Shown: positions 10,253 to 19,500 of the stretch, one piece after another
How positions within the stretch are numbered: the stretch's first letter is position 1
Layout of the letters: each line of letters opens with the position of its first letter
Source of the DNA: Macrostomum lignano
Taxonomy: Eukaryota
Length of the DNA stretch: 50,911 nucleotides
Reading direction: 5' to 3'
NCBI GenBank assembly: GCA_002269645.1
Contig: NIVC01000519.1
Location: 1-50,911, forward strand
Notes under the pieces: generated by a model
The model's input: the letters and a program-made list of their open reading frames with translations, nothing else
Told to the model about the DNA's origin: nothing
Database searches by the model: none
Made by a program: the position numbers and the translations under genes

Positions 10253-11043
10253 ATCTGCTGCAGCTGCAGTGAGCTGAAGAAGAAGAATACTGAGAAGAAA
10301 ACAGTTGAGAGTAGGCCGTCTCACATCTGCATTTGTTTAGACGCTGCAGACTCGTAAAACTCAATGCGAGTCCGTAGCAGCTAGCAAAAAAACTGCCCTC
10401 TGGCCTTCGATTCTTCTTAACTCCTGCAAGCAGCGTGAGACCTGTCTAGCTATCCAGGGCCCTTCACCAATTCCAAAACCAAATAGCAACAAGATAAAAA
10501 CAAAAAAATTGCACTGGGTGTTTAGCAGCAACGCTACAAAAGTATACTTCGCCGTAGACGACAGCTTACGTGCTCCGAACAAAATCGAGGATATAATACG
10601 TGCTCGGAACAACATCAAGGATATAATATTGACAACAACTGGACAAAATCAGAGTGGGACTACGTGTTGCAACACTTTCTAATGGAGCTTAGGAAGCCAA
10701 ATGAAAACGGGGGCACTGATACCAATTAAAGAATTCCGTTGTCTATGCTAGCGGAGATAAGCTACTGATAGTATCCGCAAGTTTTATCACTAGGGAATAG
10801 ACAAGGCGAACAGGCAGAGTGAGTTACACGACAATACGCTCGTAATCCAGCTCACAGCAATACTCGTAATTTAAAATTTGGTTGCTATGTATACATGAAA
10901 CTATTTGTGCAACGTTTTCCAACGAGCTTCAAACTGTTTTCTGTTACACCTGCAGAAGAGGTTGCTAATCGTAAACACCTACCGGTACATGTAGATAAAC
11001 CAGTCGTTGCAGAGACCCAGTTCCCTTATAAAAGCGGCTGGGT

Positions 11044-11703
11044 TTACAAGCGAGTTATGCGTCCCGGTTCGCCGGCGGCTGTTTCCCTGCTTGAATCGGC
11101 CGCTTCTTCTGAACTGGCGGCAGGCACAACGGCTGAAGTCGGCTGTCTAGGTAAAGTGCCTGGCGGCGAGCCTGAGCTGGCCTCGGTGGAGGTGCGATTA
11201 AGGTGGGTAGAAATCTCTCCGTCGTTGCTCAGAACTGTCTGACGCAGAACGGTTGACCGGCCCAGGCCGCTGTCGATCGCCCGCCTCAGGTTCTGTCTCC
11301 GAAGCTGAACGTTGTTCGCATGCACGCCCTCTCGCGTGGCCTCCGCAAAAATCACTTCCAGCCTCTCCATCGGGATCTTCTTTCCACCAGAGAGATCAAG
11401 AAAGCGCCGCATGCCGAACTCTACGACCTCAGTTGAAGCGCCTGCATTTCTCAGGCCGATTTCCAGCTCAGCCAGCATGAACAGCATGCGCAGGCAGACG
11501 TGCGGATACCCGTTGGTGGTCCGACAAATGCTGATGTACTTGATGTCCTCCTTCCGGTTCAGAAGATCCCTCAGGCCGGTTACCTCCTGCTCATTGAGGA
11601 AGGTGTTCATTGCAGTTTCTGACTGCTCGGCATTGGCGCTAATTAGCGAGCTGCACTTCACTGCCAGCTGAGTATCATTCCTGATCTCGGGAGCACTGGC
11701 CAT
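11044..11703 (-). CDS. Orphan 219-aa ORF; predicted helical N-terminal region and Ser/Pro/Ala-rich tail
   Basis: Non-repetitive, GC-rich 660-nt ORF with GACATGG start context in AT-richer flanks. No family recognised with certainty. Confidence 0.55.
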   Translation of the reverse strand: MASAPEIRNDTQLAVKCSSLISANAEQSETAMNTFLNEQEVTGLRDLLNRKEDIKYISICRTTNGYPHVCLRMLFMLAELEIGLRNAGASTEVVEFGMRRFLDLSGGKKIPMERLEVIFAEATREGVHANNVQLRRQNLRRAIDSGLGRSTVLRQTVLSNDGEISTHLNRTSTEASSGSPPGTLPRQPTSAVVPAASSEEAADSSRETAAGEPGRITRL

Positions 11704-12168
11704 GTCGGTAGTTACCCACTATTTGCTCAGTAAATTGAAGCCTGTATCTGCCACAACCATATAGCAATGGTGTGCAAAGGAGCGCTCGGGAAGCGCAACT
11801 GATCTGAAGTGGCCGCAAGTGTCTACAGACTCCTGCATACTCTTTTATTATGCCTTCCAGCGTGTACAACAGGTACGTATTTATTCTTATTGCTTTCTCC
11901 GAGGATAGTTGGAAAATTTTTTTCTTCCATTGCATTGCTTGTTGAGTAGCATCCGTCATGTCAGCTTATATGAGGGTGAGGGTGTGCAAACGCATTACCC
12001 CTGCCCTGAACATCTACTGCCGCAAGAGAATGGGTTCGTTGCTCAAATATTTCTTCTTTTCTCTACACTGGATGCTTAGCAGTTGCATTTGTTTTTGCAA
12101 GAAACAGATTTATTTAGCATATTGCACATGGGTACACAGTAGAGCAAAATAGCTGAGCGGTAAACGCG

Positions 12169-12560
12169 TCAGGCTCTATCGCCGCGACCCTGTTCGATTT
12201 TAGAGCAATTTGGGGCAGCGCGGCCCCCCTCCGGAGAGTCCAGAAGGTGGATGGTCGCTCGCCCGGTAACTCTTAGGTAGCGGACGAGCTGGCAAATATT
12301 CTCGGGCCCGAAAACGTCGGAGAGGTCCGGGTTTGGGCCGAGGTTGGTGAGCCTGTCCTGGGTAAAGGCGGGGCGTTCCAGATGAAGTGCCATGACCCCT
12401 GATGTCCCTGCGGTCGAGTCCAATCAACAAGATTTTAATAGTCGCCAAGCTGGCTCGCGACTTGTTATACCGGAACACGTCAATTGCGATTGGCTGAACC
12501 AGTTTGTTGAAATCCAGGCCAAATTTTATGATTTGCTCGCAATACAGAGACGGGAGGGAC
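12169..12560 (-). mobile_element. 3' remnant of non-LTR retrotransposon ORF2, uninterrupted copy
   Basis: Paralog of 1-67 plus 4314-4620; reads LERPAFTQDRLTNLGPNPDLSDVFGPENICQLVRYLRVTG. Confidence 0.55.
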
Positions 12561-12987
12561 AAGTCGCAGCGGACTGGGGACTGAGGCTTCGCTAAAATCA
12601 TGACAAAGGATCAAATAAATTGAAGAAGACTTCAAATCGTGCTACTAACAGTAGAATGATTGGAAGCAGAAATTCATGAGCGATTATATCCGATAAAAGT
12701 GCGTCCACAACGCGTTAAGTGAGAGACTAATGTGCATTCAAGAACGACACAAGTACTTCAGTCTATACGAGTCGTCCTGATTACAGGAAGTACAGTAAGT
12801 TGACACTCTACACCTCAATTATTTTATCGTCAACACTTCCACTTGGTAAACACAAAGTAAATGAAGCAATTAAAATTCGATCGCATGTTTTGCCAAAGCG
12901 ATTTTGGTAGCTTTTAATCTGCTGTCATTTTTTTAACGCGCCCTCAGATAAAATATTTTTCTCGCATTACTTTGACATGCAGAGCAT

Positions 12988-13275
12988 TTACAGCTTGATG
13001 CAGCTGATGATCTGGATGGCGCTGCCGCCGCACTTGTTGGCCAGGCAGCCGGCCAGCTGGCTGATGTTGGTGCCGTGGGCGAAGTAGCAGGAGGCAACGT
13101 TTGAGATCAGGCAGTTCACGGAGTCGATGCCGTTCTGCAGCAGGCAGTTGGTGTCGATGCTGATCACGGGAACGACCTCGTGAATGATGTCGTTCACGAC
13201 CTCGTTCTTCTGCTCCGGAGTGTAGGCGGCGGCGGCGAAGGCCACGAGAGCGAACAGACAGACGAGCTTGTACAT
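12988..13275 (-). CDS. Small secreted six-cysteine protein, 95 aa, copy 2
   Basis: Paralog of 5061-5348 with 5 amino-acid differences; signal peptide and all six mature Cys retained. Confidence 0.88.
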   Translation of the reverse strand: MYKLVCLFALVAFAAAAYTPEQKNEVVNDIIHEVVPVISIDTNCLLQNGIDSVNCLISNVASCYFAHGTNISQLAGCLANKCGGSAIQIISCIKL

Positions 13276-13841
13276 GGCTGCTGAGCTGGGTGCTTTGGTT
13301 GCTGGCTTCTTGAGACTGGCTGCTGGGTTGAGTTGCTGATTGGGTCTCGGGGCTCGGTCGCTGGGCTCTCATTTATGGTGCCGCTGGTGCCGCTGCAGGT
13401 GACGCGGTCTCGGACTGTCACGCCGCTCACGGCCTGTCAGAGCTGTCAAAAGCCGTTATCGATATTTTCTTCTGTACCAATTGATTTTGTTTCAATCAAT
13501 TTTGCGATATCTTTGCAGCAGTCAACAGAAGCAAAAGTGCACTGCATGGGAAATTTCATACTGTCCAACTGCCTGTCAATAGCTGTTAGCTTGAAAATTT
13601 CCACGTATGAGCACTTTTTAAGCTCTCACAGATAGGGGCTGGCAGTTTACCTAACCAAGCCCGTTGGAACCAGTAGTTTTATCACTGTCGGGACTTGAGG
13701 AACTGTCGGTCCGTATATGGGATGTACCAGCGTATCAGAAGGTATCAATATTTTTTAACGTTGTCGATACAGCATGCGCGCAAGAAAGAGCATTTAAAAT
13801 ATGCAATAACTTCAAACGTCAGAATATTCAGAGCAAAATGC

Positions 13842-14163
13842 CAGCTGAAGAATATTGACGCAGCAGGCATCCTACCGGCGCGGACAACAGCTGAAGAATA
13901 CTGACGCAGCAGGCATCCTACCGGCGCGGACAACAGCTGAAGAATACTGACGCAGCAGGCATCCTACCGGCGCGGACAACAGCTGAAGAATACTGACGCA
14001 GCAGGCATCCTACCGGCGCGGACAACAGCTGAAGAATACTGACGCAGCAGGCATCCTACCGGCGCGGACAACAGCTGAAGAATACTGACGCAGCAGGCAT
14101 CCTACCGGCGCGGACAACAGCTGAAGAATACTGACGCAGCAGGCATCCTACCGGCGCGGACAA
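13842..14163. repeat. 46-bp VNTR, 7 copies
   Basis: Unit CAGCTGAAGAATACTGACGCAGCAGGCATCCTACCGGCGCGGACAA starts at 13842, 13888 ... 14118. A single copy occupies the paralogous site near 5812. Confidence 0.97.
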
Positions 14164-14659
14164 ACGCATACTTTCGTCGACTGGCCTGCTAGCGAACGCC
14201 GGCGCCCCGCATTCCGTATGCATTGCGGCGGGTTCTGCTACCACCGAAGCCCTGAGACGGGCCCTGTGATGCTGTTAGGACTGTCTAGGTTTGATCCGTC
14301 AGCGTATTTCGCTGTTGTCGTTGTTACTGAATGACTTTATTGTTGGGTGCTTAGGATCATCTTATTCAAGGTTTATCAATAGTAAAGACCAAAGGCTGGT
14401 GTGAGCCGTCCCCGTGCGCTGCGCGCTCTTGTCAGCCCCGCTGTTCAATGTACTCTCTCTCCCGCTAGCCAACTTAACCCTTCCAACCCCCACCCCATTC
14501 AGTTCTTCTCTCTTCTGCAGCCAATCGGCTTGAGCTTCGGCCCTTCTAGCAATATGTACATCGTATTGCAAATCGATCAACCACAATATATAATAGCACG
14601 CAAGGCTAAGTGGAAGCCTGAGCTTTTTCCATTCGCTATTAATTGAGCCTTTACAGCTG

Positions 14660-15997
14660 GGATCATCAGCAACCTTTTAGCAACCCTTGGATCATCAGCA
14701 ACCTTTTAGCAACCCTTGGATCATCAGCAACCCTTGGATAATCAGCAACCCTTGGATCATCAGCAACCCTTGGATCATCAGCAACCCTTGGATCATCAGC
14801 AACCTTTCAGCAACCCTTGGATCATCAGCAACCCTTGGATCATCAGCAACCCTTGGATCATCAGCAACCCTTGGATCATCAGCAACCCTTGGATCATCAG
14901 CAACCTTTCAGCAACCCTTGGATCATCAGCAACCCTTGGATCATCAGCAACCCTTGGATCATCAGCAACCCTTGGATCATCAGCAACCCTTGGATCATCA
15001 GCAATCATCAGCAATCATCATCGATCATCAGCAATCATCATCGATCATCAGCAATCATCAGCAATCATCAGCAATCATCAGCACTCATCAACAATCATCG
15101 GCAATCATCAACAATCATCAACAATCATCAGCAATCATCAGCAATCATCAGCAATCATCAGCAATCATCAGCAATCATCAGCACTCATCAACAATCATCG
15201 GCAATCATCAACAATCATCAACAATCATCAACAATCATCAGCAATCATCAACAATCATCAGCAATCATCAACAATCATCAACAATCATCAACAATCATCA
15301 ACAATCATCGGCAATCATCAACAATCATCAACAATCATCGGCAATCATCAACAATCATCAAAAATCATCAGCAGTCATCAGCAATCATCAGCAATCATCA
15401 GCAATCATCATCAATCATCAGCAATCATCAACAATCATCAACAATCATCAGCAATCATCAACAATCATCAACAATCATCAACAATCATCAGCAATCATCA
15501 ACAATCATCAACAATCATCAACAATCATCAACAATCATCAACAATCATCAACAATCATCAGCAATCATCAGCACTCATCAACAATCATCGGCAATCATCA
15601 GCAATCATCAACAATCATCAACAATCATCAACAATCATCAGCAATCATCAGCAATCATCAACAATCATCAACAATCATCAGCAATCATCAGCAATCATCA
15701 ACAATCATCAACAATCATCAGCAATCATCAACAATCATCAACAATCATCAACAATCATCAGCAATCATCAACAATCATCAACAATCATCAACAATCATCA
15801 ACAATCATCAACAATCATCAACAATCATCAGCAATCATCAGCACTCATCAACAATCATCGGCAATCATCAGCAATCATCAACAATCATCAGCAATCATCA
15901 TCGATCATCAGCAATCATCAGCAATCATCAGCAATCATCAGCAATCATCAGCAATCATCAGCAATCATCAGCAATCATCAGAAATCATCAGCAATGA
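14660..15997. repeat. Compound 18-mer/10-mer satellite, second copy
   Basis: Same units as 6352-8427, shorter array. Confidence 0.97.
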
Positions 15998-16027
15998 TTA
16001 AAAGAAGTTAAAAGTGAGACAATATAT

Positions 16028-16033
16028 TTTATT
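16028..16033 (-). other. Probable CEP76 polyadenylation signal
   Basis: AATAAA on minus about 365 nt downstream of the stop codon, just before the satellite. Confidence 0.55.
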
Positions 16034-16396
16034 TCATCAGATCTTCTGCCCTAAACTGCATGGCTAAAAAAACTAAACAATAAGAAAAAACTAACTGTAA
16101 CATGTATTTTACAGAAATAGTGGAATATTATATTGAGAAACAATAGAAAAAATATGAATAAGAAAGGAGTACTTGAAGAAAAGTACATTTTGTTGCATGA
16201 AAAAATGTACTTCTAATTGGTCAGATTCAATTAAACTCGATTAAAAGTCGGATGCTGTTCTGAATTTCTGCACACAAGTGGCCGGCCCTTCATGTGCAGC
16301 AAATCACAACAGATTTAGGTGGATAAATAACATGAGTGAATGAGCAGCTCTACAGATTGTTAGCTGAACTCGTAGATCAAGCAGCACATCAAGCAC

Positions 16397-16579
16397 TCAC
16401 AACGCGGCCTGATAGGTGCAGCCGATCATGAGCCAGGTGGCGCAGGCTGACTCAGCGTAACACACCACCCGAGCCCGGGCGCACAGCCGCACCCGGTCGC
16501 CGCGGCAGAACACCACCTCCCGGCCGACCGGCGACCGGAGAGCAGCGGCCAGGGCCCGGCGCGGGTCCCGGTGCAGAAC
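16397..16579 (-). CDS. CEP76: CEP76 exon 5 (terminal)
   Basis: Acceptor ccag|gttctg; 60 codons plus TGA; matches the CEP76 C-terminus. Confidence 0.92.
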   Translation of the reverse strand, partial: VLHRDPRRALAAALRSPVGREVVFCRGDRVRLCARARVVCYAESACATWLMIGCTYQAAL

Positions 16580-19500
16580 CTGGATTAGGGCGATCGATTA
16601 ATGGTCTAGTCACTCCTGACACATTCCAGTCACTCCTGACACATTCTAGTCACTTCTGACACATTCTAGTCACTCCTGACACATTCCAGTCACTCCTGAC
16701 ACATTCTAGTCAGTCCTGACAATTCATTCTAGTCACTCCTGACACATTCTAGTCAGTCCTGACACATTCTAATTACTCTTGACAATTCATACTAGTCAGT
16801 CCTGACAATTCATTCTAGTCACTCCTGACACATTCTAGTCAGTCCTGACACATTCTAATTACTCTTGACAATTCATACTAGTCAGTCCTGACATATTCTA
16901 GTCACTCCTGACACAGTTTAGTCTCCTAACACATTATAGTCACTCTTTACACATTCTAGTCAGTGACACATTCTAGTCCCTACTGACACATTCTAGTCAC
17001 TCCTGGCAATTCAATCTAGACAGTCCTGACATATTCTAGTCACTCCTGACACATTCTAGTCACTTCTGACACATTCCAGTCACTCCTGGCACATTCTAGT
17101 CACTTCTGACACATTCTAGTCACTTCTGACACATTCTAGTCACTTCTGACACATTCCAGTCACTTCTGACACATTCCAGTCACTTCTGACACATTCTAGT
17201 CACTTCTGACACATTCCAGTCACTCTTGACACATTCCAGTCACTCCTGGCAATTCAATCTAGACAGTCCTGACATATTCTAGTCACTCCTGACACATTCT
17301 AGTCACTTCTGATACATTCTAAAAACTCCTGACACATAAATAGATAAATATGGACACACATTTTCGGCGGCAAAAGCGAGCCCGAACGCACCTGCAGCGG
17401 GTAGCCCCGGAAGGTGTGCCCGTCTGGCACCAGACGATTCATAGCGGCCTGGAATTCCTCGTTGGCGAAGGCGACTCCGTGCAGGCGTTCCTGTTCGTAG
17501 CCGGCCAGGGCGCCCGTCAGGCAGAAGCTGAGCTCTTCGTCCCACTGCGTGGCGCCCAGACCGTCGGCTTCGCGCCGTTCGGCCACCGCGGCGCGCAGGC
17601 GCAGCTCGAATTGGTTTGACTCGCGCACCGCGTCCAATAGCGGGGCGCTCAGCGTTGCTAAGCAACCGGGCGGCGTCGGACCGCCAGTCAAAGCCGCCCC
17701 GATCGCCTCCTCGCTCATCGGCTTCCATCTGGCGGAATCGTCCAAGTCGAAGCGGCAGGAGGCGACCGCGTCGCTGGCCTGATTGTTGGCGTAGAATGAC
17801 CGGTGATTGAACAGGCAGCCGATGCGGGTGTAGGGATGCTGCGACTGCTGCTGACCGCTGAAATTTGAATACTAGTTTTAGAATTTTTATTCTAATTTTT
17901 AGTTTTAGAAGTTTAGGCTCACGCGTCGACTGCCGTCAGAGTCGCGTCCGAGTACAGCAGGTCCGACCTCGCCAGCGAGTACACCAGCTGGCAGCAGATC
18001 ACCAATTCAGTAGTATCAATTGGTATCCACAGTATAAGTAGGTCTACTTATAACTGGACTCCCGAAACTCCGACTTATCCCACGCTGTTCTCCAGAAGTT
18101 TCCGTTCCTGTAGAGCTACCGCTTTGTTTGTGTAAGGCGCTTACAAATGACAACCCGCTGTTAAATATAGAGATGCTACTCATAAAATCTTCTTTACTTC
18201 TTTTTTTCTTCGCTTCTTTACTGCGAAATTTGATGTCAATGCCTTCCGGATTTTTTTGCATGAATTACCCGACTGTTAGCTGGTCAGCGAATCCTGTTTG
18301 CCAGACAGGATAACAAACAAGATAACAAACAGGATGACACAATGTTTCCCTGCAGGATTCGCATGAATTACCCGACTGTTAGCTGGTCAGCGAATCCTAT
18401 TTGAATCTTGTTTGAAACAAGGAAACGTAAGATTTCGTCACGCAAACAGGATTCATACAAGATAACATTTTGCATAACCGGAATGGGGCATGTTATCTTG
18501 TTTGAGCGAATGTTATCTTGTGGTGTTATCTGGTTTATTTACCAGAGTGATTAAGAGCCAACTATTCAATAATTAAGAGCTGCAGTCGGCTGAAAGCGCC
18601 ATCCTACCTGTGCAAAAAGCGCTGCCCATTGACGGGGTCCCAAAAGTGCACAGAAGCCGGTTCGGCCGAACTGCCCAGCTGGCTGAGCGTCACCACCCAG
18701 GCCACCGGGCTGCCGGAGGCCGCGTTAGCACCAGAGCTGGAAGCCGGGGCTTTGGCGCCGAACGCCACGTAGGCGTCGAGGCCGAAGCCCAACAGCAGCG
18801 AGCAGAGCAGGGCGGCGTGGTCGCCGGTGTCGCCGCGGCCCCTGGCCAAGAAAGCGTGCCGGCTGCACCACATGTCGGCCAGGCCGCAGCCCAGCGCAGC
18901 CGCCCGCTCGTACTGCAGGCAGGCGACGAATCTGGCGGCGTGCCGCGGCGACTCGATGAGGCGGCCGGCGCGCAGCGGCTTGACCAGTTCGAAGACCGGG
19001 CGGTCCCGGCCGCACTCGTCTTTGGCGAATATCTTCACTAGGCGGTCGGCGTTGGCCGCGCGAGCGGCGCAGTACTCGCTCCACCACTGGCTGGCGTAGA
19101 GCACAAATAGGCGCTCGGAGTTCTCGCGCCTGCCGCGCTCCATGGCCAGCTGCTGCTGCACTAGATCCGGGCTGAACCTGTCAATCTGGGTTTGGATAAT
19201 CAGCGACTAACTTATGCATATTCTCTTAGGAACCAACTTCCCAGACCTTAGCAACCAAATTCACAGATCTTAGCAACCAACTTCCCAGATTCTTAGCAAC
19301 CAACTCTTCAGATCCTTCAGAAATTATTTTCCCGTGATTCACTTAGCAACCAACTCTCTGGCCAGATCCCCTTAGCAACCAACTCTCTTGCCAGATCCCC
19401 TTAGCAACCGCAACCAACTCTTTGGCGAGATCACCTTAGCAACCAACTCTCTGGCCAGATCTCTTAAGCAACCAACTCGCTAGCCAGATCGCCTTAGCAA

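Larger units (their letters stand above)
12171..17335. repeat. Segmental duplication, right unit (contains the native CEP76 3' end)
   Basis: Colinear with the left unit once the Gypsy insertion is removed. Confidence 0.93.

Noticed and set aside
10350-10682. Plus-strand open frame without ATG containing a 30-bp tandem duplication
   Set aside because: No start codon, no clear splice sites and no recognisable motif.
12157-12170. 14-bp match GCGGTAAACGCGTC shared with a site near 30182
   Set aside because: Several chance 14-mer matches are expected in 50 kb, and there is no extended similarity.
13842-14163. CRISPR-like appearance of regular repeats (also 24290-24770 and 32600-34383)
   Set aside because: Units are head-to-tail with no unique spacers, there are no cas genes, and the context is eukaryotic.
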